Virus record (IMG/VR): IMGVR_UViG_3300042331_000303
Reading direction: 5' to 3' (one strand)
Source: a virus
Lineage: Duplodnaviria > Heunggongvirae > Uroviricota > Caudoviricetes
Length of the DNA: 64,000 nucleotides
Below the pieces are notes generated by a model. It ran no database searches. It saw only the letters and a list, made by a program, of their open reading frames with translations, and was not told where the DNA came from. The translations under genes were made by a program, and so were the position numbers. Position 1 is the stretch's first letter; each line of letters begins with the position of its first letter. Of this stretch, positions 52,046 to 61,176 are shown piece after piece.

Positions 52046-52930
52046 TCAGTCCTGTGGGGGGTCGGGAAGGGTGGGAGGGGCCGGAGGGGCGGAGCGCTGG
52101 ATGGAGTCGAGGCGGTAGGATCGGATCCACCCCTCCACGTACCAAGGGATGCTGGGGACATCCTCGCGGAGGAAGATGTAGGTGTAGGCGCGCGCGACCT
52201 TGTTGTAGCCCTTCGCCACCATGACGAAGGTGCGATCTTCGAGCTGGAAGGTCCGTTCCGGCGAGAGGTTCTCAGGGGATTCGTAGATGATCTTCGCGAA
52301 GGTGTCGCTCGCCCAGGGCGGTAGCGTGATTTCTGCCCCGTCGTCCAGCGTGACGGGGAGAGGCTTGTTGCGGATCGGCCACAAGAGTGCCGCGCTCTCC
52401 TCCTCGCGCATGGCCGCAGGGTACATATCGTGGAGCATGTCTTCGATCTCGTCCGCTGCTGGGTGCCAGCCTTCTCCCATCTCGTTGATCTCAGGCTCGT
52501 AGCCTTCTTCCCGCAGGCGATAGTCTGCATGCCCCTTGGATCGCCAGAGTGAGAGGCAGGCCGCCGTGACAGGAGAGTCGGCGAGCATCTCCAGCGTGTA
52601 GGGGGCCTCTGAGGCGAGGCTCGGCTCCGCTGGGCGGACTTCGGCGACAGGAACGGGCCCAAGGAGCCCTTCTCCGATCCGCTGCCAGATGCTGCCTCCC
52701 AGCCGCGTCCATGCACTGACCTTCCGGCTCGTGAGCGTCCGCGCCAGCCGGGCGTCCACGAGAGACTTCACCTCGGCTACCGTGTCCTCCTCGAACGAGA
52801 AGGTCCCCCCCGCTACACGGGCTTCGCCGTGCCAGCGGCCTTCCAGTGTCGGCTTGACCATCCCGGCGATGGTGCGCGTCCCGCGGACAAGGCGGTAGGC
52901 GGCGTCCGCGGTGGTGTACTCCCCGTACAC
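52046..52930 (-). CDS. Hypothetical protein (GTG start gives MYGE...)
   Basis: 3' part of ORF 52046..53056; start uncertain. Confidence 0.5.
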   Translation of the reverse strand: MYGEYTTADAAYRLVRGTRTIAGMVKPTLEGRWHGEARVAGGTFSFEEDTVAEVKSLVDARLARTLTSRKVSAWTRLGGSIWQRIGEGLLGPVPVAEVRPAEPSLASEAPYTLEMLADSPVTAACLSLWRSKGHADYRLREEGYEPEINEMGEGWHPAADEIEDMLHDMYPAAMREEESAALLWPIRNKPLPVTLDDGAEITLPPWASDTFAKIIYESPENLSPERTFQLEDRTFVMVAKGYNKVARAYTYIFLREDVPSIPWYVEGWIRSYRLDSIQRSAPPAPPTLPDPPQD

Positions 52931-52944
52931 GGGGGACCAGTCGG

Positions 52945-53343
52945 TCAGGCTTCCTCGAAAGGGGGGGCCGTGCTCGACGGGGCCTCCCCCGCCACCGGCG
53001 GAGTAGACGACGGCTCGAACGGATCGACGTTGCTTTCGCCGGGGTAGGGCGGGCAAGTGTCGACCGGGCGCTGCCCCGCGTTCATGTTGGAGAGGTACTC
53101 GGTGACGAGCGGCGCGAGGTACGGAAGGATCAGGGAGATCAGCTCGCGCTGGCTTTCCCCGCGGAGCCGAGCCACGTCGAGCTTGTCGGCCTGCACCTTC
53201 TCCAGCCGCTTCCAGAACATGGCTTCCCGCGCGGCGTCCCGCTCGTTGGACTCGCGCCAGACGCGCTCCATCCGGTCGAGAGTGGCTTGCATGATCTGGA
53301 GCTGAAGATTCACCAGTTCGCGTTCGTGAGAGGAGCTATCCAT
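52945..53343 (-). CDS. Coiled-coil hypothetical protein
   Basis: ORF track. Confidence 0.55.
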   Translation of the reverse strand: MDSSSHERELVNLQLQIMQATLDRMERVWRESNERDAAREAMFWKRLEKVQADKLDVARLRGESQRELISLILPYLAPLVTEYLSNMNAGQRPVDTCPPYPGESNVDPFEPSSTPPVAGEAPSSTAPPFEEA

Positions 53344-55324
53344 AGTTCGTGTCTCCGGGGAGCATGCCCGACAGCTTCAAGCCGTCGATGAGGCGGGTGG
53401 TGATCTCGGCGTCCAGACCGGCTTCGAGGAAGGCGCGGCGGATGGTGATGGCTTGGCAGTAGTGCGTCACGGTCGGCTCGTTGGCCACAGTGACGAGGAT
53501 GATCTCCTGCCACTTCTCGGGGGCGGAGTTGCGGACCTTCGTGGCCGCCTCTCGGAGCGCCACGCGGCAGCGCTTCTGCGCGTCGAGAGGCAATCCGGCG
53601 TTGCGGGCGTCGGAGACGGTCGCCGAGCCTTCTGCCGTGGGTGCCGCCCCCGCAGCCTGCGTGTCAGCCGGGTTGGCCGCCGCTTCCGTGTCGGTCGGCG
53701 CGTTGGCCGGTACCATCGCGGTTCCGGGCTGCGGCGCGTACTGCGGCGGCAGCATCGACATCATCGGCAGTTGGAGCTGCGACGCCTGCTGATCTGCGCG
53801 AGCCTTCATGCCCGTGGTCACGACGTCGCCAATCACCTTGATGACGGCGGGAACGGCCTCGGCCCATGCGGAGCCTCCCCCGCCTTCCTCTCCACCGCCA
53901 CCGAGTCCGCGCTGGATGATCTCGGTCGGGTCGATGCCCAAGGTCTTGGCGAACTGGAGGCCGTTCTTGATGGTGTCCATGAGGTTGCCGCCGGTCTCGG
54001 CCTTCTGCTGGGCAGCCGTGATCTGCATCATGCGCTCGGCGTGCTCGCGCTGCTGCGTGGCAGCCAAGTCCATCTCCTTGAGCATGCGGTCGTGCTGACG
54101 CTGGCGCTCGGCCTCGCGGCTCGCCGCCATCTCGCGCTCCAGCTTCTCCTTGCGCTCGACCTCCGCGGCATCGCGGCGACGCCGGTCTTCCATGTCTTCG
54201 CGCCAGAGACGCTCCTTGCGCTCCTGCTCCTCGCGGTACTGGCGCTCCTTTCGCTCCAGCTCGTCTCGCTCGCGCTGGAGCTTGGCCTGGATCTCCTCCT
54301 GCTCGCGGCGGAGACGGACTTCGTTCTCCTGACGCTCGCGGAGGCGCCGCTCTTCGGACTCGGAGAGATCGCGCTTGCGGCGCTCTTCGGAATCGAGCCG
54401 TTCGCGCTCAGCGCGCAGTCGCTCCTGCTCCAGGCGGTACTCGTCCGCGCGGCGCTGCTGTTCGGCGAAGCTCGACTGGGCTGACGCCTGCTGCGAGAAC
54501 AGTGCCGTGATGGTCGTGAGCATGGTGCTGCTCTGGCCGGCAAGCTGCTGCTGAGCGGCCTCCATGACCGTGCGCTGCTGCTCCAGTGCCATGGACGCGC
54601 GCCGGCTCTCGTCGTTCATCATGCGCTCGGTGAGCGCGTGGACGCCAGAGGCGGCCGAGGTGGCGAGGTCGATCCGCTCGCGCGCCCGCTCCTCGTCCTG
54701 ACGCTGGATGCGCTCTCGTTCGGAGGCGAGCTGGAGTTCGAGGGCTCGGGCGCGCTGCTCGGCCAGCTCCGCTTGGCGCTCCATGAGGCGCATGAGCCCA
54801 GGGTCCATGCCGCCGAGCATGGTGATGGGCGCCCCGTTCGGGCCCGTCGGGCCGGCGGCGGCCAGCCGCAGACGGCGGATTTCCTGATGCTCCTCGCCGA
54901 TGATGTGCGTGATCTCCTGCCCCATCTCGACGCCGTTGATGTCGATAGGGCGGAGCTTGAACTGGCTCTTTCCCTCACCGACCTTCGGCATGGAAGGGTA
55001 GCACGCCCGCACGAGGTCTTCCTCGGTGGCCTGCGCGTCGATGACGCCGAGGCCGACGCGCACTCCGTTCTCGACCTTCCACACGCGGAGCTGCTGGCAG
55101 TTCGGGTAGTTCGCGGCCTGCGCATACAGCCGGGGGCTGGTCGCGCGGCCCATGAGGCTCACTGCGTCGTCGGGCATGCCGAACGAGGGCGCCTGAGCAG
55201 CGGATCCGTGCAGGATGGGCGCCGGGTCGAGCGATTCGATGCTGGGATCGTTGAAGTCCCCCGCGTCGGGATCGTTGAAGTCAGCGGGGTCGAAAGCGGG
55301 TTGTCCGCGGCGGGTCTTTGCCAT
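53336..55324 (-). CDS. Large protein with long charged (E/R/Q) coiled coil
   Basis: Start MAKTRRGQP; ~250 aa ER-rich helix; globular ends. Confidence 0.7.
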   Translation of the reverse strand: MAKTRRGQPAFDPADFNDPDAGDFNDPSIESLDPAPILHGSAAQAPSFGMPDDAVSLMGRATSPRLYAQAANYPNCQQLRVWKVENGVRVGLGVIDAQATEEDLVRACYPSMPKVGEGKSQFKLRPIDINGVEMGQEITHIIGEEHQEIRRLRLAAAGPTGPNGAPITMLGGMDPGLMRLMERQAELAEQRARALELQLASERERIQRQDEERARERIDLATSAASGVHALTERMMNDESRRASMALEQQRTVMEAAQQQLAGQSSTMLTTITALFSQQASAQSSFAEQQRRADEYRLEQERLRAERERLDSEERRKRDLSESEERRLRERQENEVRLRREQEEIQAKLQRERDELERKERQYREEQERKERLWREDMEDRRRRDAAEVERKEKLEREMAASREAERQRQHDRMLKEMDLAATQQREHAERMMQITAAQQKAETGGNLMDTIKNGLQFAKTLGIDPTEIIQRGLGGGGEEGGGGSAWAEAVPAVIKVIGDVVTTGMKARADQQASQLQLPMMSMLPPQYAPQPGTAMVPANAPTDTEAAANPADTQAAGAAPTAEGSATVSDARNAGLPLDAQKRCRVALREAATKVRNSAPEKWQEIILVTVANEPTVTHYCQAITIRRAFLEAGLDAEITTRLIDGLKLSGMLPGDTNYG

Positions 55325-55412
55325 GCCGCACAAGTATGGTCCGATCCCCGCCCGGTCAAGTGCGCCTGCGCGACCTACGTGGTATATAAAGGAAACATCG
55401 GAGATCGGCCGG

Positions 55413-55787
55413 ATGGCAGCCAAGAATCCAGATCGTGTGTCGCCCGCAGAAATCAGCGAAGCTGGAAAGTCGGCCAAGAACGCCGGTATTTCTCGGGTGT
55501 GGCTCCCGAAGGCTCCGACACCCGAACCGGAAAGCGCAGGTCGAACGCCCGCTCCCCTGCAATCTGATGATTGTATTGCGCCAGAACCGACGAAGCGTTG
55601 CAGGTCCCGGAAGGTCGCGCGGGAGGCTCGACGTCACACCGTTGCGCTGACGGTCACGTACAGCGAGGAGGAGGATCTCCGCGCGTGGGCCGAGCGTCGG
55701 GGCCTCACGTTCAGTACGTGGGCGCGCAAGGCGCTCCTCAACGCCTACGAGATCCAGAAGCGGCGGACCGACAACGACGTCGGTTAG
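55413..55787 (+). CDS. RHH/CopG-like DNA-binding protein
   Basis: HTVALTVTYSEEEDLRAWAERRGLTFSTWARKALL. Confidence 0.55.
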   Translation: MAAKNPDRVSPAEISEAGKSAKNAGISRVWLPKAPTPEPESAGRTPAPLQSDDCIAPEPTKRCRSRKVAREARRHTVALTVTYSEEEDLRAWAERRGLTFSTWARKALLNAYEIQKRRTDNDVG

Positions 55788-55972
55788 CAGACGAAGGGAA
55801 GGCCCGCGAGCATGATGACGAGGCACCACTTCTCGATCGCACGCGAGTAAGGCGACACTGGCTTCAACCGGCGTCGCCCCTGTGCGATCATACGCCCGGA
55901 AGTTCGCGCCGCCTTCCGGGCGATCTGGTAGTCCTCGTCGGTCACGAAGAAGACATCGCAAAGGAACTTCAC
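55784..55972 (-). CDS. Small hypothetical protein
   Basis: GGAG RBS, GTG start VKFLCDVFF. Confidence 0.4.
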   Translation of the reverse strand: MKFLCDVFFVTDEDYQIARKAARTSGRMIAQGRRRLKPVSPYSRAIEKWCLVIMLAGLPFVC

Positions 55973-55974
55973 GG

Positions 55975-56118
55975 CTACTCCGTGATGGTGACGTACAGCT
56001 CGCCGGAGCGGGTACGTTCTTCGGTCGGGTCGGTGGAGAGGATGATGTCTCCCGCGGAGAGATCGGCCACCGTCAGGTGGCTGGGGGAGCAGGCGAGAAG
56101 GAAGATGAACGAGAGCAT
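55975..56118 (-). CDS. Tiny lipoprotein-like peptide
   Basis: Manual: MLSFIFLLACSPSHL..., GGAGG RBS, LLAC lipobox-like. Confidence 0.4.
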   Translation of the reverse strand: MLSFIFLLACSPSHLTVADLSAGDIILSTDPTEERTRSGELYVTITE

Positions 56119-56145
56119 GAGAGCCTCCAAGCAGGTGAGTATAGC

Positions 56146-56421
56146 CTAAGCGGGGGGAAGGTCCTTGAACAGGAACGCGGGGAGGTTGATCTCCACGCCG
56201 ACGACCGTGATGGAGCCGTCGTCGTTCGGGATGAACCGAGCTTCGTGGGGGATGCGGACGGCTTCGTACACTTCCCACTGCTCGGAGGCGATGTCGCGGA
56301 TGCGCTGCTCACGGCGGGCGGCCGAGAAGTCGGCGACGAAGAGGGCCGGTTCAGGCGCGGGGGCGTTGTAGGTGTCGAGGTTGGTGTCGGGGGTAGACGG
56401 GAACGAGACGACGTTGCTCAT
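56146..56421 (-). CDS. Hypothetical early protein
   Basis: GGAG RBS, MSNVVSFP. Confidence 0.55.
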   Translation of the reverse strand: MSNVVSFPSTPDTNLDTYNAPAPEPALFVADFSAARREQRIRDIASEQWEVYEAVRIPHEARFIPNDDGSITVVGVEINLPAFLFKDLPPA

Positions 56422-56666
56422 GCGGACTCCGGGAGTGAGAGGACCAAGCAGCCCTCGTGGAAGGCGCGGGCCGCGAGCGCCCGCTTGTGGTGGATGAAGA
56501 GGCGGGCTTGAAGCTCGGCGGCGATGCGGGCTTGCGCCGGGGTGTCGAACCGGACGACCGTCGAAGTCTTGTCGATCTCGTAGACCATCGCCCAGTCCTC
56601 GCCGGTGAAAGCGGTCCAGACGTCCACGGACGCAACGGGAGCGGCAGGGGTGCTGTAGACGTTCAT
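56418..56666 (-). CDS. Hypothetical early protein
   Basis: GGAG RBS. Confidence 0.55.
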   Translation of the reverse strand: MNVYSTPAAPVASVDVWTAFTGEDWAMVYEIDKTSTVVRFDTPAQARIAAELQARLFIHHKRALAARAFHEGCLVLSLPESA

Positions 56667-56669
56667 GGG

Positions 56670-57152
56670 CTACTCCAAGGGGGTGGGGGTGCAGGCCCGG
56701 AGGGTTTCGACGAGCGATGCGTCGGGACCGACGCCTTGCCCGTTGATCGTGGCCTCCATCGCGGCGGCAGCCTGCCGCATGTGGCCGATCCGCTGGTTGG
56801 CGCCTTCTACGGTGTCGAGCACATAGACCAGAGGCTTGTCTGCGTACTTGCCGGTGGACAGGTTGCTCCACGGGCCGTTCGTCGCGAGGAGGCTTTCGAC
56901 ATCCACCATGTTGATCGCCTCCATCGCCGTTACGACGGTCGGCTCGCCGCACCGGGAGACGAGCACCTGAGTGTAGGGCCTCATCAACTTGGCATAGGTG
57001 CCGTGCTTCGTGGTCGTAAACCCTACGATCGTGCAGTCGGAGTGGGCCTCGGCACGGGCCCCGTTGGTGAACCCGAGCCGGAAGACCATCCCGGTCCGGA
57101 GGGTCGTACCGCCTTTCGTGGTGGCAGAGAGCGCAGTGTAGGCGTTGTCCAT
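56670..57152 (-). CDS. Hypothetical early protein
   Basis: First gene after repeat A1. Confidence 0.6.
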   Translation of the reverse strand: MDNAYTALSATTKGGTTLRTGMVFRLGFTNGARAEAHSDCTIVGFTTTKHGTYAKLMRPYTQVLVSRCGEPTVVTAMEAINMVDVESLLATNGPWSNLSTGKYADKPLVYVLDTVEGANQRIGHMRQAAAAMEATINGQGVGPDASLVETLRACTPTPLE

Positions 57153-57157
57153 GGAAG

Positions 57158-57258
57158 CTCCGTTGTGGGGGCAGAGGGTTCGTCGGTGGCCCCAACAAGT
57201 TAGCAGGTCGGCAAACTTGTGGAGGCCGGAAAGTTGTCACGAAATGTCCCGTAGGGAC
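57158..57258 (-). repeat. Early regulatory repeat, type A copy 1
   Basis: 41-bp identity with 61056 plus shared CCGGAAAG(T/A)TGTCACG core and GTCCC-GTA-GGGAC palindrome. Confidence 0.85.
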
Positions 57259-57268
57259 TCTCTTCGCG

Positions 57269-57493
57269 TTAGCCGCGCAGTCCGCTCGAACGCTCGACGT
57301 AGCGGGTGAGGCCCAGCGCGAGGTTTAGCCGGCCGAGCAGGCCCCGCAAGCGAAGCACGTCTTCGGGGGGAGGGGCCGAAGGGCCCATGCTCTCCCACAG
57401 GGCATGATCCTCGGAGGTGAACACCGCTTCCTTCCCGGCATAGACCCAAGAGTAATCGCAGATGATCGTTTCGATCTGGCTGATGATGTCCAT
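57269..57493 (-). CDS. Small hypothetical early protein
   Basis: Single gene between repeats B1 and A1. Confidence 0.55.
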   Translation of the reverse strand: MDIISQIETIICDYSWVYAGKEAVFTSEDHALWESMGPSAPPPEDVLRLRGLLGRLNLALGLTRYVERSSGLRG

Positions 57494-57538
57494 GGAGCCT
57501 CTTTGTCAAGCGGCGGGTTTGAGGGAGGGAAGCGAGGT

Positions 57539-57663
57539 CGCCGTTGACCCCAACAATGTGACATGGCGGCAAACCGGTAGGGGCCGGAAAGATGTCACGG
57601 ATTGTATCCCGTAGGGATATTATTATCGCGTAGCGTAAACGCGCGCGTAATGCGGGATGCGCT
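57539..57663 (-). repeat. Early regulatory repeat, type B copy 1
   Basis: CGCCGTTGACCCCAACAATGTG...GGAAAGATGTCACGGATTGTATCCCGTAGGGATATTATTATCGCGT matches 62979. Confidence 0.85.
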
Positions 57664-57698
57664 ACGTGATGCGCGAGGCGCGTACAGCTCGCGGTGCG

Positions 57699-58217
57699 CT
57701 ACGCGATGCGCCACATGCGAACGAGCGCCGCGTACGGGATGCGCGCACCCATGACTCGCAAGAGGTACGTGATGTCCGCTTCGCTCGCGCCGCCCGCCCG
57801 CAGGTCCTCCGAGAAGGTGGCCCGCATCGCGGCGGGATCGACCGTCGGCCCCGCTCCGCGCGCGTAGCTCTCGATTCGATCCGCGAGGCTTTGCGCGTGT
57901 TCCCCCAGCGTGTACGTGAGCTGCGGGCCCTCGAACGCGCCGTAGATGAATCCGGCGTGCGAGTTGGTCAGGAACTCGTGACGGCGCAGCATGTCCAGCA
58001 GGGCCTCGCGCCCGTACTTCCCAGGAGAGAGCATGTCTGCCCGCATCGCAGCCGCCCAGCCTCGTGGGTCGGACTGCGATTCGCCGTGAGCCCTGCGGCA
58101 CTCCCGCACCTCCTCGTCGGTCAGATGCGCGAGCGCCGCGATGGCTTGGAGGGCTTGGGTCAACTGCTCGATGGCAGCTTCGTACAGTTCGCGAGGGACA
58201 GAGTCGTGGGAGGGCAT
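57699..58217 (-). CDS. Hypothetical early protein
   Basis: GGAG RBS, MPSHDSVP. Confidence 0.5.
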   Translation of the reverse strand: MPSHDSVPRELYEAAIEQLTQALQAIAALAHLTDEEVRECRRAHGESQSDPRGWAAAMRADMLSPGKYGREALLDMLRRHEFLTNSHAGFIYGAFEGPQLTYTLGEHAQSLADRIESYARGAGPTVDPAAMRATFSEDLRAGGASEADITYLLRVMGARIPYAALVRMWRIA

Positions 58218-58222
58218 GAGGG

Positions 58223-58813
58223 CTACTCCTTGCTCGGGTTCGTGGTGTTCGTGGCGGCGCCCCCCACAGGCGGAAGGCCCCGCGCGCCGTCTCGGATGGC
58301 CTCCGTGAAGGTCGCCCCGGAGAGGTCCGCATCCGTGAAGTCCGCTCCCGTGAGGTCGGCATGGCTGAAATCGGCGCCGCACAGAGCCGTCCGGCTGAAG
58401 ATCGCCCCGGAGAGGTCGGCCCCCATGAACTCCGCGCCCTTCATGTTGGCCCCCGTAAAGTTCGCGCGGGTAAGGTCGGCCCCCATGAAGCGGGCGCAAG
58501 CAATGTGCGCCCCAATGAGGTAAGTGCCCCAGAGGGTCGCCCCGACGAGAGAGGCGCCCGTAAGGTCGGCTCCGTTGAGGCGGGAGTTCGTGAGGTTCAT
58601 CCCGTTGAGGTTGGCGTGGCCGAGGTCGGCTCGCCGGCCGTTCGCCTGATCTATCCACAGTCCATGCTCTACGATCACCCGACTCAGCGCTGCCGGCATG
58701 AGCTGGGACCCGCGGAATGGCGTCGGCTGGTCGAGGTCGAGCATCTTGCATCCCGGCGGCGGGGCGCGGAAGTCGATGACGTTGGGCGTGAGAAGGCAGA
58801 AGGTGGGGGTCAT
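58223..58813 (-). CDS. Pentapeptide repeat protein
   Basis: ADLGH/ANLNG/MNLTN/SRLNG/ADLTG/ASLVG... about 20 repeats. Confidence 0.9.
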   Translation of the reverse strand: MTPTFCLLTPNVIDFRAPPPGCKMLDLDQPTPFRGSQLMPAALSRVIVEHGLWIDQANGRRADLGHANLNGMNLTNSRLNGADLTGASLVGATLWGTYLIGAHIACARFMGADLTRANFTGANMKGAEFMGADLSGAIFSRTALCGADFSHADLTGADFTDADLSGATFTEAIRDGARGLPPVGGAATNTTNPSKE

Positions 58814-58827
58814 TGGTACTCCGAGGG

Positions 58828-59193
58828 CTATGCGGGGCTCGACGTGGACTCGCTGTCGTGGTGGGCTCGCCACGACTTCCAAGAAGGGCTGAGGGTGCGA
58901 TCGTCGTTCTGGTGGTCGAAGCACGTCTTCGCCGTGAGACGCCAACGGATACCTCCGCCGAAGCGACTCGTACCGTCCGGGACCTGTTCGATGTAGCCAT
59001 GGGCCGCGAGGGCATCTCGCGTCTTCTGGTGGGCGGAGACCCGGAAGACGTGAACGTACAGGCGTGGCCGGGCAAAGGTGCCCGCATCCATCGTCCGGAC
59101 CTTCTCGAAGTCGCCCGCGACCCACTCGAACGATTCGGTCTGGAAGGCGGCCCACAGGTCCGCCACAAGGGGGGTGTAGTCCTTCGTGCTCAT
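58828..59193 (-). CDS. Hypothetical early protein
   Basis: GGAG RBS, MSTKDYTP. Confidence 0.55.
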   Translation of the reverse strand: MSTKDYTPLVADLWAAFQTESFEWVAGDFEKVRTMDAGTFARPRLYVHVFRVSAHQKTRDALAAHGYIEQVPDGTSRFGGGIRWRLTAKTCFDHQNDDRTLSPSWKSWRAHHDSESTSSPA

Positions 59194-59195
59194 AC

Positions 59196-59573
59196 CTACT
59201 CCGAGGTGGGTTTGGGTTCGAGCTTGTGCGTTCTGCTGAACCACCAGCCGTACTGCTTGTCGGCCTCGTCGGGCTCGAACACGTCCTTGGGCACGGGGTC
59301 GATGAACACGAAGTCCACGTAGGGGTCGAGGAACTCGCTGTCCATCCACCGGTCGACATCTACGCTGTAGATGCGGGCTCGAACGGGAGGGTCGAACTTG
59401 TGATCTCCCGTGGGGCACCCACTCCAGCGGACGTAGACGACTTGGCCTTCGAGCCAGCGGGCGTCCTCTACCGCCGCCGCCTCGGCCTCTTCCTCCGTTG
59501 CATGGAGAACGTCCTCCCCGTCCGCCCACTTGGCGAGGTCGAGGATCGCGTCGGCGCGGATTCGGGGGATCAC
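59196..59573 (-). CDS. Acidic hypothetical protein
   Basis: GTGA-coupled. Confidence 0.5.
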   Translation of the reverse strand: MIPRIRADAILDLAKWADGEDVLHATEEEAEAAAVEDARWLEGQVVYVRWSGCPTGDHKFDPPVRARIYSVDVDRWMDSEFLDPYVDFVFIDPVPKDVFEPDEADKQYGWWFSRTHKLEPKPTSE

Positions 59574-60340
59574 TGTGCCCCCGCTTCGGTGTAGCCGCAG
59601 AACTGGCACCAGCCATCGTGGCGGTGCGGGGCGCCGTGGATGCCGGGGCAGGTCTCCGGGGTCGGACGCTCGTCCATGGTTTCCCACCAGGCCCCCACGG
59701 GGGGAAGGTCGCGGTAGGCGCCAAGGCTGAGGCTCGGCGTCCAGTCTGGGTAGACCTCGCGGATGGTCTTCACTCCGCGGTGGTTGTCCACCGTGGCGAT
59801 CTTGGCCGCTCGTGCCTCCTCGAAGGCATTGTGGGCCCGCGCGGCGCGCTGCTCGGCACTCTGAACCCGGATGTCGAGGTGGGTAGAGGTGGTGGTGCGC
59901 ATCTTGTAGGACGGGATCGGATAGATCAGCGTCCCCGGCTGGCCATACTCCGGCCGCTCCACATCTTCGTAGCAGGTGTGGAAGTGGGTCATGGTCTGGA
60001 CAACCCACGCCTGCACACGGGGGTTCTCCAGCGGGAGGGGGCTGTAGAGCCGGCGGAAGAAGGCGGCACGGTCGGAGTGTGGCGGGAGCGCCCGGAGAGT
60101 GCCATCGGGGTGGAGCAGGACGTAGTCCGGGCACTTGGAGTTGCGCGGCGGCGAGTTGCCGTGGCTCGTGTAGACGGGCCGCACGAAGTAGCTTGGGTAC
60201 CCGGGAGGGTCGCCGAAGCAAGCCGAGCCGGGTCCGCCGAGGGAGTAGCTTGGCGGGAGCTTGACGATGGGCCTCTTGGCCAGCACGTCGGCACGGAGGG
60301 TCGCGGGGAAGGTGTCGGGGGTGTACTTGCGCATGTTCAC
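59570..60340 (-). CDS. Hypothetical protein with C-terminal C/H cluster
   Basis: CPGIHGAPHRHDGWCQFCG. Confidence 0.55.
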   Translation of the reverse strand: MNMRKYTPDTFPATLRADVLAKRPIVKLPPSYSLGGPGSACFGDPPGYPSYFVRPVYTSHGNSPPRNSKCPDYVLLHPDGTLRALPPHSDRAAFFRRLYSPLPLENPRVQAWVVQTMTHFHTCYEDVERPEYGQPGTLIYPIPSYKMRTTTSTHLDIRVQSAEQRAARAHNAFEEARAAKIATVDNHRGVKTIREVYPDWTPSLSLGAYRDLPPVGAWWETMDERPTPETCPGIHGAPHRHDGWCQFCGYTEAGAQ

Positions 60341-60792
60341 TCCAGCTCGGAGAGCTTGTCGAGGATGGTGGCGTCAGCGAGAGCGCCGCAGAGGCGGCAA
60401 GCCGCGGCGATGTCAGCGGCAGAAGCCTTGCGCGGGGTTCGAAGAGCGCGGAGCGCCCCGTTGAGGGTCTCGCGCACATTGCCGAGCGCATCCACGACGT
60501 CATCGAGGTTCGCCAGCATGTCCCTGACGCTCTCCTCCGCGTTCCTGTCGCGACCCACGTCACAGCCCTCGCGGAGGACAATGAGCGCTGCCAGCGCAGA
60601 GTGCTCGGCGAGGTTGGCGAGGGTGACGCCTCCCCGGAGGTTCAGCGCTTCCGGGGCGCCGGCACCGACGACTCCCCGCTCCCAGCTCTCCGGGGGGGTG
60701 TAGATGGCGCCATGCCACCGGAAGTAGGGGTCGGCGTCAGGCGCCTTGGCACTCGACCAGATGATGTCGAGGAGCGCGGATTCGGTGTTCAT
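60337..60792 (-). CDS. Hypothetical protein
   Basis: GGAG RBS, MNTESALL. Confidence 0.55.
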   Translation of the reverse strand: MNTESALLDIIWSSAKAPDADPYFRWHGAIYTPPESWERGVVGAGAPEALNLRGGVTLANLAEHSALAALIVLREGCDVGRDRNAEESVRDMLANLDDVVDALGNVRETLNGALRALRTPRKASAADIAAACRLCGALADATILDKLSELE

Positions 60793-60794
60793 GG

Positions 60795-61049
60795 TTAGCT
60801 CCAGTGTGCGAGAGGGATGGAAACGTCGGCGTGCTCGGTGACCTTGCCGCCGAGCACGGAGAAGGCGGTCTCGAACAGGTAGCGCGGCTCCCCACTCGAC
60901 CAGACTTCCCCGGTGAGCTTGAACGCTCGGACGAGGGTGTCGTGGCCTCGGGCGGCGCACTCCTCCGCGTGGCGCCGGACCTCTTCGAGGGTCGGCATGT
61001 TCGGGAGCATGATGCTGCTCGACTTGTGCATGGACTGGACGACGTACAT
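60795..61049 (-). CDS. Small hypothetical early protein
   Basis: First gene after repeat A2. Confidence 0.55.
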   Translation of the reverse strand: MYVVQSMHKSSSIMLPNMPTLEEVRRHAEECAARGHDTLVRAFKLTGEVWSSGEPRYLFETAFSVLGGKVTEHADVSIPLAHWS

Positions 61050-61055
61050 GGTGGG

Positions 61056-61160
61056 CTCCGTTGTGGGGGCAGAGGGTTCGTCGGTGGCCCCAACAATATG
61101 CCACGGTGGCAAACTTGGAGGGGCCGGAAAGTTGTCACGAAATGTCCCCCTTTAGGGGGA
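61056..61160 (-). repeat. Early regulatory repeat, type A copy 2
   Basis: Matches 57158..57258. Confidence 0.85.
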
Positions 61161-61176
61161 GGAGAATCGCCTGCGC

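Noticed and set aside
57195-57215. Sigma54 promoter in the early repeats (TGGCAC in one copy)
   Set aside because: The -12 GC is absent (GG instead) and TGGCAC is not conserved across the four copies.
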